This document shows positions 41,048-50,257 of a DNA stretch of 64,000 nt, in pieces. The position numbers were made by a program, and so were the translations under genes. This stretch comes from Candidatus Micrarchaeota archaeon. GTDB taxonomy: Archaea; Micrarchaeota; Micrarchaeia; Anstonellales; Bilamarchaeaceae. Below the pieces are notes generated by a model. The model saw nothing but the letters and a program-made list of their open reading frames with translations, had not been told where the DNA came from and did no database searches. The stretch is from assembly GCA_016932815.1 (NCBI GenBank), contig JAFGCC010000015.1, positions 1,402 to 65,401 on the forward strand. The letters are read 5' to 3'. Position 1 is the stretch's first letter, and the number at the start of each line of letters is the position of its first letter.

Positions 41048-43106
41048 GGCCTCCCAGATCGTCCTGTGCAATGCGGATAATTCCGTGTTAGAATCCGTAA
41101 GCGCGGACACCGCGCCAGATGGAATCTCCTTTAACATCGCCATACATTATGGCGACAATGTAACCATAACCTCCTCAAGCGCCAGCACAATCTCCCTCTC
41201 CACATGCACAAACAGCACCCTGGTAAACAACACAATCTCAGGAAGCATAATAAGCGGCTTCTTTGATGAGGGCAGCAACGGGACCTACCTTAGCGGGAAT
41301 ACGGCATACAACTGCAACTATTCTGGATTTGAACTCTACAGCAACGACGCCACGCTTGTTTCCAACACTGCATATGGAAACGGGATATACGGAATAGCCT
41401 CATTTGAGCTAAATGACTATTACCACATGGTATATGGCATCAATTCCACTGGAGCCACAATCAACTCAAACACCGTTTACGGTAACGGCCTTGGAGGGAT
41501 ATTCCTTTCAAATGCCCAGAATGCCACGATACGCTCCAACACCGTCTATTCTAACGGCGATGGCGAGGAGCACTCCGAGCCATATTACGGGAACCCGGAT
41601 GCCCCAAGCAAGTATTTTGGAATCGGGTTTGCAGATGCCTTCAACATGACCCTAGAGGCAAACACAATCCATGATAATATGTATTACGGCTTTGCAGTAA
41701 ACGATTCGGATGAGGTAAACTCAACCAATGACTTATGCTATGGGAACCTGGTTGCGGATGTCATCGCAATCGCAACGTACGCTTCGGATGTTTCATTTGA
41801 TGGATTGCTTCTGGATACCTCTAACTACCCCAACATAAGCTTCATTGATGCGCTTGAGGCGAGCACCACCTACACAATCAAGAGGGTCCCATCGCCCAAT
41901 ACAAATTACCCAGAAGGAACCGCAGTCCAGAATCGGCTAATAAACATAACAAACATAACAGGCTCCCCCACAATAGATTCACTTACCTGGGCATGGGGAA
42001 ATTCGGAGCAGAACGACTACAACGAATCCACATTCGAATTATGGAAGTACGTAACAAGCTGGGTTGACCTAAACGCGACAAAGAACACTGCCGCAAACAC
42101 CCTGAACCATTCTTTAATAACAACCGAGGGGGCATATGGGATGCTGGGAGAGTACTACTGGGAGGACCCCGGAGGGGGAGGGGATCCCGAACCCGAACCG
42201 GACTGCTACTCGGATTCCGACTGCGGAGCCTGCGAAGAATGCTCAGGCGGGGAGTGCATACTCCCAAGCGGGGCATGCGCATCCGATTCGGATTGCGATG
42301 CAGGGGAAACCTGCGAATCCTGCGAATGCGCTCCCCCGGAGTGCACATCGGATTCCGACTGCGGGCAGGGGTACGTTTGCGAGGATTACGAATGCATTTT
42401 TGAAGAAACCGGGCCCGAGTGCGTTTCCGATTCCGACTGCGTAAATTGCGAAGAATGCTCGGATGGGGAGTGCGTGCTCCCAACAGGCTCATGCATTTCC
42501 GATTCCGATTGCGCAGGCGAAGGTGAAACCTGCGAATCCTGCATATGCATCCCACCCGAATGCGCGGATGATTCCGATTGCATCGGGGATGGGCATTCTT
42601 GCATAAACTATGAGTGCACCCCACCTGAATGCACTGTTGATTCCGATTGCGGAGCAGGAGGGGCCTGCGAATCCTATTCCTGCATCCGCCCAGAATGCAC
42701 CGAAGACGATGATTGCGCAGAAGATGAAGAATGCAAGGATTATGAGTGCGTTGAAAAGGAAGCCCCGATAGATGGGGGAGCGGGGGGAGCAGGAGAAATC
42801 GAGGTGCCCCCGGAAGAAGGCGGCGAAGTTGAAGGTAAAGAATCCCAGGGCCAGGGGCAAGGAATCCCGATTGTGTCCGCAGTTATAGATACGCTCTCGG
42901 ACATAATGCTCAAGAACGCACCTTCGCAGGCAGCAGGGGCATCCGGGGAAGTGGATGCAAACAAGAAAGAGCTATCCGAAGCCGGATGGTTCTTCGTGCT
43001 GGGTATCCTGGCAATAATCCTTTATTTTGGGCTTACCAAACTCCTGCCCAAGCTCCCAGGGGGCACAACCGGAAGGGCAAGAGTGGAGCGGGAGGATGAA
43101 GAGTAG
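40935..43106 (+). CDS. Beta-helix surface protein, C-terminal reading frame (continues the repeat protein after the G9 tract)
   Basis: The sequence after the G tract, ELMCNNIIENNTGPRGLPIYYSNST..., continues the beta-helix repeats (NTAYGNGIYGI, NTVYGNGLGGIFL, NTVYSNGDG). Then come about 9 Cys-rich C.SDSDC modules, an acidic Gly/Glu linker, and a C-terminal TM (GWFFVLGILAIILYFGLTKLL) with a charged tail. The frame is +1 relative to 40145-41047. Confidence 0.75.
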   Translation: MRTWGGELMCNNIIENNTGPRGLPIYYSNSTVNWSGLEASQIVLCNADNSVLESVSADTAPDGISFNIAIHYGDNVTITSSSASTISLSTCTNSTLVNNTISGSIISGFFDEGSNGTYLSGNTAYNCNYSGFELYSNDATLVSNTAYGNGIYGIASFELNDYYHMVYGINSTGATINSNTVYGNGLGGIFLSNAQNATIRSNTVYSNGDGEEHSEPYYGNPDAPSKYFGIGFADAFNMTLEANTIHDNMYYGFAVNDSDEVNSTNDLCYGNLVADVIAIATYASDVSFDGLLLDTSNYPNISFIDALEASTTYTIKRVPSPNTNYPEGTAVQNRLINITNITGSPTIDSLTWAWGNSEQNDYNESTFELWKYVTSWVDLNATKNTAANTLNHSLITTEGAYGMLGEYYWEDPGGGGDPEPEPDCYSDSDCGACEECSGGECILPSGACASDSDCDAGETCESCECAPPECTSDSDCGQGYVCEDYECIFEETGPECVSDSDCVNCEECSDGECVLPTGSCISDSDCAGEGETCESCICIPPECADDSDCIGDGHSCINYECTPPECTVDSDCGAGGACESYSCIRPECTEDDDCAEDEECKDYECVEKEAPIDGGAGGAGEIEVPPEEGGEVEGKESQGQGQGIPIVSAVIDTLSDIMLKNAPSQAAGASGEVDANKKELSEAGWFFVLGILAIILYFGLTKLLPKLPGGTTGRARVEREDEE
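40945..40953 (+). repeat. G9 homopolymer at the junction of the two beta-helix reading frames
   Basis: The sequence is acatGGGGGGGGGaactg. Loss of one G, or gain of two, would fuse 40145-41047 and 40935-43106 into one ORF of about 990 aa. Confidence 0.9.
42201..42750 (+). repeat. Tandem Cys-rich modules (consensus P-E-C-x-S-D-S-D-C-G-x-G-x-x-C-E-x-Y-E-C) within the surface protein
   Basis: The modules read DCYSDSDCGACEEC, ACASDSDCDAGETCESCEC, ECTSDSDCGQGYVCEDYEC, ECVSDSDCVNCEEC, SCISDSDCAGEGETCESCIC, ECADDSDCIGDGHSCINYEC, ECTVDSDCGAGGACESYSC and ECTEDDDCAEDEECKDYEC. The gattccgactgcg-type nucleotide motif recurs. Confidence 0.8.
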
Positions 43107-43149
43107 GCCTAAACCACTCTCCATCCGGGGAGGGAAGGCGTTCTGCTAC

Positions 43150-43662
43150 CTACATCCCGAGCATTTTCCCGTTTGAATAGCGGTCTACTGCCAGGTATGC
43201 GGCATCAAATGCGAGAAGCACCACGAAGTAATCCCATACTCCGGTTAGCGCACCTGCAACGAGTGCACCCGCTTTCAGCCAGAGCCGATAATCGCTAAAG
43301 GGCTTGAGAGCCTCCCTAAAATCAACTTCATCGAGTGCGGCAAGCGCGAAGAATGGGAGCAACAACCCCATTTCCCCATATTGCATTCCAAGAAGAAGCG
43401 GCACTGCCGCCGCGATTATAACCGCGGTTCCGTGCACCGCCCTGTCTATTTTCCCCATTAGGACCTGCGCCGCAATAACCCCGATAAAGAGCACCGCCGC
43501 AGGGGAGAATGCGAGAACGTATCCTATGCACAATCCCGCAACGATTGCAAGGGGCCACTTCACATTCCCCTCCCCCCCTTTCGAATCCTCAATGCAATCC
43601 ACGTGCTTTATCGCAGCACCCGCAACGAGCGCGGCAACAGCAGCCAAAAGGATATCGTACAT
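43150..43662 (-). CDS. Hypothetical integral membrane protein
   Basis: 170 aa with about 5 hydrophobic helices, for example PLAIVAGLCIGYVLAFSPAAVLFIGVIAAQVL. No recognised motif. Confidence 0.6.
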   Translation of the reverse strand: MYDILLAAVAALVAGAAIKHVDCIEDSKGGEGNVKWPLAIVAGLCIGYVLAFSPAAVLFIGVIAAQVLMGKIDRAVHGTAVIIAAAVPLLLGMQYGEMGLLLPFFALAALDEVDFREALKPFSDYRLWLKAGALVAGALTGVWDYFVVLLAFDAAYLAVDRYSNGKMLGM

Positions 43663-43721
43663 AGCCAGCCTACGGCAAATAACCTATTAAATGGCGCACA
43701 ATAGCGGCCTGCTCCTCTTCC

Positions 43722-44651
43722 TCACAGGGAATAATATATGAGGGGGAGCGTAACGGTAGCATCACCGTGCACGGTTGCGTGCTTTCCTTCCTCGCGTATC
43801 TTTCCCCAGCTCACAGCCTCCCGTGCCGGAGCCCCGCTTAAGCTCCCATCCCACTCCTGCGCGCTAGTTAGGTAAAGAGCATAATCAAGCCCCCCGCGCA
43901 TCAAATTCACACCGATTGTGTGGTGCTTGGAAATCCCGCCCCCAATTATTATCGCCCCGGTCTTATCGGCATCCAGCGCCTTGGAGGCAAGCACTTTCAT
44001 GTCCGATGTAACGTCAATCCCGAATTCCGCGTTCTCCCTTTTCTGCTTCCAGAAATACGTTTGCAGCCCTATTGCCGAATCCGTAATCCCCGGAGAAAAC
44101 ACTGGCACCCCCTTAAGGTGCGCCTGCCTCAAAAACGAGCCTTTATCTTCAATCTGCCTCCCCATTTCCGCCGCGATTGCGCTTGGGCTAACAATATTGT
44201 TCTCTTTACTCACCTCGGAGAAAACCTTCCCGATTTTCTCTTCAAGCAATTCGTAGCGCGAGCTTGGGACCAAAACGTTCCCAATCCGGTTAACTTCCTC
44301 CTTGTGCAGCTTCTTGTCGTCTTCATAGAAGCTCCCAAGCAAATATGGCTCATACGCCTTGATCATGTCGTGGTCAAGAGCCCCCCCGGTAGTCACTATT
44401 ACATCCGCATACCCGTCGCGGACCATGTCCGCAATAACCCCGCGCAAGCCCGAAGCCACGACGTTCGCGGTAAATGCGAGGAAGATTGTCGCCCCGGATT
44501 CTTTCATCTCCCTAACGAGTTCCACTCCCTGCTTTATGTGGGTTCCCTGGAACCCGCACTTCCCGTAAGCCTCAACCAGCTCCGCTACCGAAGGAGCCTT
44601 CCCAAAGTGAATGTCTTTTACTTCCATAGTGCTCTTTGCTTCCAAACGCAT
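43722..44651 (-). CDS. dys: Deoxyhypusine synthase
   Basis: Motifs are FLAFTANVVASGLRGVIADMVRDGYADVIVTTGGALDHD, GAIIIGGGISKHHTIG and EWDGSLSGAPAREAVSWGKI, the last containing the catalytic Lys region. Confidence 0.92.
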   Translation of the reverse strand: MRLEAKSTMEVKDIHFGKAPSVAELVEAYGKCGFQGTHIKQGVELVREMKESGATIFLAFTANVVASGLRGVIADMVRDGYADVIVTTGGALDHDMIKAYEPYLLGSFYEDDKKLHKEEVNRIGNVLVPSSRYELLEEKIGKVFSEVSKENNIVSPSAIAAEMGRQIEDKGSFLRQAHLKGVPVFSPGITDSAIGLQTYFWKQKRENAEFGIDVTSDMKVLASKALDADKTGAIIIGGGISKHHTIGVNLMRGGLDYALYLTSAQEWDGSLSGAPAREAVSWGKIREEGKHATVHGDATVTLPLIYYSL

Positions 44652-45563
44652 TTAAGCCCTTTTCTGCTCCCCTGCCACCATGCTTTCTATTCCGGAGAGA
44701 TTCAACAGCCCCATAAAATTCCGGCTGCTAATGTGATTGTAGCCGATATTCAGGACTCCGAAATCAAACTCAGCTTCGCATATGCATTTTGCCATGCCCA
44801 TCTCCCTCAAAACCTTCAGCTTTCCATAGGATTTCTCAAGCGATTCTGCTATTTCCACAGGGTTTTGTTCCGCCAGGGCCTCTTTGCCTGGAATGGCAAT
44901 ACTGCTTATATCCACCCCAACCTTTGCTTTGACGCCCAATGCCGCAAAGCCATCTTCAATCTCCGCTTTGGCCCCTTCCAGAGTTTCCCTGATGCCTTCG
45001 GCAGTGAATATTTTTCCAATTTTTTCTAATAGTTCCCGCAGTGAGCCGGTTACTCCCTTAGCCGAATTGTCAATCAAATCATCCGCAATGCCTTGCCTCT
45101 CGCTATCGCCTATCTCAACACCAGGAATCTCCCCTACGCTTGTATGTCCAAAATCTTTTAGCATAATAGTAAGGAATGCCTCCATGTTTTGGCTCTCAGC
45201 CGGGATAACCTTTGCCATTTCTGCGATTGTTTCTCCAATAAACTTCCCTGCAATATCCTGATTCCCTATGCCCCACAGGAAAGCATTGAGCCTTGAAACG
45301 CTGCTTAGGAGCGCGAGAGTGTTCGTGAGTTCCTTTATTTTGCCGTTTTCTATAGGTGTAACCGGGAACCCAAACATTTCTGATGCCTGTTTTTGGTTCC
45401 TCTTCCCCACCCCTTCCACAAAGAGCTTTACCTTTCCCATGCCCTCAGAGCGGAGTTTTTTGGCGAATTGCGCTGCCTCCCTTTCTCTCCTGCGGTCGTG
45501 CCTCTCCGGAAATATTGCCAATTGCCTGGTTTTACCAGTTTTGTTCATGCAAATAATATGCAT
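44652..45563 (-). CDS. Hypothetical protein
   Basis: 303-aa ORF whose stop abuts the dys start, suggesting co-transcription. No recognised motif. Confidence 0.55.
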   Translation of the reverse strand: MHIICMNKTGKTRQLAIFPERHDRRREREAAQFAKKLRSEGMGKVKLFVEGVGKRNQKQASEMFGFPVTPIENGKIKELTNTLALLSSVSRLNAFLWGIGNQDIAGKFIGETIAEMAKVIPAESQNMEAFLTIMLKDFGHTSVGEIPGVEIGDSERQGIADDLIDNSAKGVTGSLRELLEKIGKIFTAEGIRETLEGAKAEIEDGFAALGVKAKVGVDISSIAIPGKEALAEQNPVEIAESLEKSYGKLKVLREMGMAKCICEAEFDFGVLNIGYNHISSRNFMGLLNLSGIESMVAGEQKRA

Positions 45564-45730
45564 GAAAGTCTTTTTAAATGTTTATATTTATGTCTTTTTG
45601 TGTATTGTTTTTGAAAAGGGGAGGATATGGCTGTCTTTACGTTTTCTGCCGTATTTAATTACGGCAAGCAGAAACCTTTTTATACCCTAGCCGACACAAC
45701 AACCTAAACGGCCAGCGATGGTGAGACCTC

Positions 45731-46414
45731 ATGGACAAGCTAAAACTAAGAATCGCAGGCGAAATATCGCTCTCAGAAGACCCCGGCTCAACTATGAAAA
45801 AATGGAGGGAAATCTTCGGGATAACACAGGGAGAGCTTGCAAAGGAGATAGGGATATCGGTTTCCACAATCAGCGATTACGAATCCAACAGGCGCAAGTC
45901 CCCCGGAGCCACAATAATAAAGCGCTTCGTAACCGTTCTATTTGAGCTGGATGCAAAGAAGGGGGGCGGCATAACCCAGAAGCTATTGGAGGGCGGCTCC
46001 AACACGGATGAATACTTCGAACAGCACGAGTTCGCCCGCTCGCTTCCCCTCTCAGACTTCATCGGATTGGTGGAGGGGACGGTCGTAACCAACCCGGACC
46101 TAATAGAAGAGAGGAAACTCTATGGATACACCCTCATAGATTCAATCAAGGTAATCCTGGACATGCCCTTTACCTACTTCACCAACATCTACGGGAACAT
46201 GAACGAGCGCGCGATGATTTTCACAGGGGTTTCCACGGGAAGGAGCCCGATGGTCGTAATAAGGGTCAGCCCCTCAAAGCCATCGGTCGTTATCCTCCAT
46301 GGGATAAAGAAGGTGGACAAGCTCGCAATAAAGCTCTCGGAAAAAGAGCAAATCCCAATAGTGGTAACCCAACTGGACATAAGCGAAATCAAGGAAAGGC
46401 TAAACAAGATATGA
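45731..46414 (+). CDS. XRE-family HTH transcriptional regulator with a C-terminal domain of unknown function
   Basis: The HTH_3 signature is MKKWREIFGITQGELAKEIGISVSTISDYESNRRKSP. It lies immediately upstream of the mevalonate-entry operon. Confidence 0.75.
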   Translation: MDKLKLRIAGEISLSEDPGSTMKKWREIFGITQGELAKEIGISVSTISDYESNRRKSPGATIIKRFVTVLFELDAKKGGGITQKLLEGGSNTDEYFEQHEFARSLPLSDFIGLVEGTVVTNPDLIEERKLYGYTLIDSIKVILDMPFTYFTNIYGNMNERAMIFTGVSTGRSPMVVIRVSPSKPSVVILHGIKKVDKLAIKLSEKEQIPIVVTQLDISEIKERLNKI

Positions 46415-46435
46415 TTATTAGAAGGTGCACAAAAA

Positions 46436-47476
46436 ATGGCAGGAATAGTCGGATACGGGGCATACGTGCCCAAATACAGGATAAAAAGCGAAACGATAGC
46501 GCAAGTGTGGGGCGAAGACCCCGACCGCATCCAGAAAGGATTGGGAATAATGGAGAAGGCGGTCCCAGCAATAGACGAGGATTCTGCGACAATGGCAGTG
46601 GAATCCGCGAGAATTGCAATGGCAAGAGCGGGAATAAGCCCCAACGACCTCGGAGCAGTCTATGTGGGAAGCGAGAGCCACCCCTACGCGGTCAAGCCCA
46701 CAGCTTCAATAGTCGCACAGGCAATAGGCGCAACCCCCAATCTCACCGCGGCGGACCTGGAATTCGCGTGCAAGGCGGGAACCGCGGGCATGCAGATGTG
46801 CATGGGATTGGTGGATTCCAAGATGGTAAAATACGGCCTCGCAATAGGCGCAGACACTGCGCAGGGAAGGCCCGGGGACGCCCTCGAATACTCGGCAGCC
46901 GCAGGCTCGGCAGCATACGTAATCGGTCCCGAAGACGAATCCCTCGCGGTAATCGAGGACACTTTCTCGTTTACGACCGACACCCCGGATTTCTGGAGGC
47001 GCTCAAAAGCCGACTTCCCTTCGCACGGGGGGAGATTCACGGGCCAGCCCGGCTACTTCAAGCACGTAAAAGGCGCATTCACAGGCCTAATGGAAAAAAT
47101 GGGAGAAAAGATTGAGAACTACGATTATTTTGTTTTCCACCAGCCCAATGCGAAGTTCCCGCTTGCGGTTGCAAAGCAGCTTGGAGTCCCAAAAGAGAAG
47201 CTAAAAGACGGGCTATTGGTCCCGATTGTGGGAAACACCTATTCGGGCGCATCCCCGCTTGGGCTTGCGAACGTGCTTGATGTTGCAAAAGAGGGAGAGC
47301 GCATCTTCGTGACCTCATTTGGTTCGGGCGCGGGAAGCGACGCGTTCTCAATCAAGGTCACAGGCAAGATAGCAAACCGCGAGAAGGGAACCCCCCTGTC
47401 CGCGTTCATAGAAAACAAGCAATACGTCCCCTACGCGATTTACGCGAAACTGCGCGGAAAATACAAGGGGATGTGA
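46436..47476 (+). CDS. Hydroxymethylglutaryl-CoA synthase (archaeal type)
   Basis: It begins [22 protein letters not shown]. Motifs are [14 protein letters not shown], the catalytic Cys in [16 protein letters not shown] and [12 protein letters not shown]. It is 346 aa. Confidence 0.92.
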   Translation: MAGIVGYGAYVPKYRIKSETIAQVWGEDPDRIQKGLGIMEKAVPAIDEDSATMAVESARIAMARAGISPNDLGAVYVGSESHPYAVKPTASIVAQAIGATPNLTAADLEFACKAGTAGMQMCMGLVDSKMVKYGLAIGADTAQGRPGDALEYSAAAGSAAYVIGPEDESLAVIEDTFSFTTDTPDFWRRSKADFPSHGGRFTGQPGYFKHVKGAFTGLMEKMGEKIENYDYFVFHQPNAKFPLAVAKQLGVPKEKLKDGLLVPIVGNTYSGASPLGLANVLDVAKEGERIFVTSFGSGAGSDAFSIKVTGKIANREKGTPLSAFIENKQYVPYAIYAKLRGKYKGM

Positions 47477-47485
47477 GGTGAGAAA

Positions 47486-48649
47486 ATGAGGAGCGTTGCA
47501 ATTATCGGAGCTGGAATGACAAAGTTCGGAGAAGACTGGGAACGCGGCTTCCGCGAACTGGTAACCGAAGCGGGAATCCGCGCCCTAGAAGACGCAAAAA
47601 TAAGCGGGGACGAGATTTCCGCAGGATACGTTGGGACGATGGCTTCCGGCTCGCTTGTGGGCCAGGAGCACACCGGAGCCCTGATTGCCGATTACATGGG
47701 CCTAAACCCAATCCCCATAACGAGGGTGGAAGGCGCGTGCGCATCCGGCTCGCTTGCCCTGCGCCAGGGAATCCTCGCGGTTTCCTCAGGCCTCCACGAC
47801 GTAGTGGTTGTTGGGGGAGTAGAGAAGATGACCGACCTTGACACCGCCGCGGTCTCCCAGATCCTAGGAGGCGCAGGCGACCAGGAATGGGAACTATTCC
47901 TGGGAGCAACCTTCCCAGGCCTTTATGCGATGATGGCTAGAAGGCACATGCACGAATACGGGACGACCGAGGAAATGCTCGCATCCGTAGCGGTGAAAAA
48001 CCACGAGAACGGGGCGACTAACAAGTATGCGCAGTTCCAGAACAGGATTACCCTGGAGACCGCGATGAATTCCAAGATGGTCGCAGACCCGCTAAAAGTC
48101 ATGGACTGCTCCCCGATTACCGACGGTGCGGCCGCAGTGGTGCTAGCGCCTATGGAGAAGGCTTTGAGCTACAGCAAAAAGCCAATAGAAATCCTTGCCA
48201 GCGAGCAGGCTACTGGCACGCTCGCACTCCACGACCGCAAGTCCCTAACCAGCGTAAACGCGGCGAAAATAGCATCGGAGCGCGCCTACAAGAAGGCGGG
48301 CCTAACCCCCAAGGACATTTCCGTTGCGGAAGTGCACGACTGCTTCACGATTGCCGAAATAGTCGCAACCGAGGACCTCGGGTTCTTTGCTCCGGGTGAA
48401 GGCGGAAAGGCAGCTTTGGATGGCCGCACGAAAATAGGCGGCGACATAGCGGTAAACACCAGCGGAGGCCTCAAGGCAACCGGCCACCCGGTTGGCGCAA
48501 CCGGGGTAAAGCAGGCGTGCGAAATCTCCTGGCAATTGCGCGGAGAGCGCGGCGCAGGGCAGGTCAAGGACGTTGAATACGGCCTCACCCACAACGTGGG
48601 GGGAAGCGGCGCGACCGCGGTAGTGCATTTGTACAAGAGAGGATACTAG
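47486..48649 (+). CDS. Acetyl-CoA acetyltransferase (thiolase)
   Basis: Motifs are VAIIGAGMTKFGE, the catalytic Cys in VEGACASGSLAL, EVHDCFTIAE, and GGLKATGHPVGATG together with NVGGSG. Confidence 0.92.
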   Translation: MRSVAIIGAGMTKFGEDWERGFRELVTEAGIRALEDAKISGDEISAGYVGTMASGSLVGQEHTGALIADYMGLNPIPITRVEGACASGSLALRQGILAVSSGLHDVVVVGGVEKMTDLDTAAVSQILGGAGDQEWELFLGATFPGLYAMMARRHMHEYGTTEEMLASVAVKNHENGATNKYAQFQNRITLETAMNSKMVADPLKVMDCSPITDGAAAVVLAPMEKALSYSKKPIEILASEQATGTLALHDRKSLTSVNAAKIASERAYKKAGLTPKDISVAEVHDCFTIAEIVATEDLGFFAPGEGGKAALDGRTKIGGDIAVNTSGGLKATGHPVGATGVKQACEISWQLRGERGAGQVKDVEYGLTHNVGGSGATAVVHLYKRGY

Positions 48650-48660
48650 AGGTGTGCAAA

Positions 48661-49062
48661 ATGAAAGAATCGATTTCGCTAACATGGAGAAGGATACCAG
48701 AGCGCTACAGGATGATGGGAAGCGTATGCAAGACCTGCAACACCCATTATTTCCCTCCCCGCTCAATCTGCCCAGAATGCAGGAGGAAGGGAAAAATCGA
48801 GCCCTTTAAGTTTTCTGGAAAGGGCAAGGTGTATTCTTTTACCGAAATCCACGCGCCCCCGGCTGGCTTTGAGAAGCAGGCGCCTTATGTGATGGCGATA
48901 GTGGAGCTTGAAGAGGGAACCCGCTGCACCGGCCAGGTCGTGGATGCGACCAAGGACGACATCAGAATCGGGGATTCGGTGGAGGCAGTCTTCCGCAAGC
49001 TCCTCTCAGACGACCCGGAAGGCCCAATCCACTACGGCTTCAAATTCAGGCTAATCAAATGA
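48661..49062 (+). CDS. DUF35 OB-fold/Zn-ribbon protein (scaffold of the archaeal thiolase/HMG-CoA synthase complex)
   Basis: The rubredoxin-like Zn ribbon is CKTCNTHYFPPRSICPEC. An OB-fold segment follows (GKVYSFTEIH...VELEEGTRCTGQV). ATG 48661 has GAGGTG 6 nt upstream. The gene order HMGCS-thiolase-DUF35 is conserved. Confidence 0.88.
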   Translation: MKESISLTWRRIPERYRMMGSVCKTCNTHYFPPRSICPECRRKGKIEPFKFSGKGKVYSFTEIHAPPAGFEKQAPYVMAIVELEEGTRCTGQVVDATKDDIRIGDSVEAVFRKLLSDDPEGPIHYGFKFRLIK

Positions 49063-50180
49063 TTAATCTGTGCGCGCACTGCAATGCGCGCTTTGGGGGG
49101 AAGTTCCCAAAAGGGGAGCCCTGCCACATCTGCGGAGGCCTGCTTGGGAAATTGCCAGAGATTTTAGGGAAGGCGGCTTCCGCAATGGATGCCAAGTGGA
49201 AAACCTTTGCGCTCTCAACCTCAATCCCAAAAGAGGTGCTCTCAAGGGAGGAAGAGGCATGGGACTATTCGGATGGGGAATGCATCAAGTCCGCACTAAA
49301 CGCCTTCCTCTCAAAGGAGCTTGAGAAAAAAAGCGGCAAAACCTATTCTCCCATGGACGCGGACGGGAGAATCTCAATCAACCTGGAAACGCTTGAAGCA
49401 TCCGGCTCAAACGAGCCGGTTTTCTTTTTTGGGCGCTACAAGAAGCTAATTAGGGGAATCTGCCAGAGCAGGTGGGTTTGCCTAAGCTGCAACGGGAGAG
49501 GATGCAAAAAATGCGGCGGAACAGGCAAGATTTACGAAGAATCGATCGAGGAATTAATCGGGGATGCGGTGGTTTCCGAAACAGGAGGGAAATACACCCT
49601 CCACGCTTCCGGGAGAGAAGACGTTGATGTGCTCAATTTCGCAGGCCGCCCATTTGTTTTGGAAGTGAAGAACCCCTCCAACATCTCCCCCAATCTTCCC
49701 GCAATCGCAGAAAAACTCAACTCAGAGAAAAAGGTGGAAGTTGCCTCCCTTACAAAAGTCCCTTCGGGATTCGTGAAACTCGTTTCGGATTCGCACTTCC
49801 CAAAAACATATCGCGCATGGATAGAATCCGATTCCCCACTAACACGCGAGGATGCGCAAAAGCTCCTCTCTTTCGATTTCGTATTGGCGCAGAGAACCCC
49901 GGAGCGCGTGGCGCATCGGAGAGCGGATAAAATAAGGGAGAGGCGCGCAAGAATCGTTTCTGCAACCCTGGAAGAGAAAGAAAGTAATGCAGGCGCAAAA
50001 TCCCTGGCAATAGTTGCGGATATCCACGCGGATGCGGGAACCTACATAAAAGAATTAATCCATTCTGATTCCGGGCGCACAAAGCCAAGCATCTCCTCAT
50101 TCCTGGAAAAACAATGCAGGTGCGCAAGGCTGGACGTTATTGGGATAGAGGACGATTTCCTCAACCTCTTGCTCCCTTAA
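49059..50180 (+). CDS. pus10: tRNA pseudouridine(54/55) synthase Pus10
   Basis: The N-terminal Zn ribbons are CAHCNARFGG...CHICGG and CLSCNGRGCKKCGGTG. GREDVDVLNFAGRPFVLEV is the catalytic Asp region. The C-terminal motif is YIKELIHSDSGRTKPS. ATGA overlap with the DUF35 gene. Confidence 0.88.
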   Translation: MINLCAHCNARFGGKFPKGEPCHICGGLLGKLPEILGKAASAMDAKWKTFALSTSIPKEVLSREEEAWDYSDGECIKSALNAFLSKELEKKSGKTYSPMDADGRISINLETLEASGSNEPVFFFGRYKKLIRGICQSRWVCLSCNGRGCKKCGGTGKIYEESIEELIGDAVVSETGGKYTLHASGREDVDVLNFAGRPFVLEVKNPSNISPNLPAIAEKLNSEKKVEVASLTKVPSGFVKLVSDSHFPKTYRAWIESDSPLTREDAQKLLSFDFVLAQRTPERVAHRRADKIRERRARIVSATLEEKESNAGAKSLAIVADIHADAGTYIKELIHSDSGRTKPSISSFLEKQCRCARLDVIGIEDDFLNLLLP

Positions 50181-50257
50181 ACTTTCCGCTTCTTTCTAAG
50201 GAATTCAAATGCACTCCCAGGGCGCAGAAGGATACGGGGTTTCCATCGCCGATTGCG

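Noticed and set aside
43920-45029. 369-aa plus-strand ORF
   Set aside because: It is antisense to deoxyhypusine synthase and the adjacent minus-strand gene. The product is Pro/Arg/Phe-rich junk with no start context. The DHS motifs on the other strand are decisive.
46411-47115. 234-aa plus-strand ORF in an alternative frame of the HMG-CoA synthase gene
   Set aside because: The product is extremely Arg/Gly/Asn-rich. The overlapping frame encodes a textbook archaeal HMG-CoA synthase.
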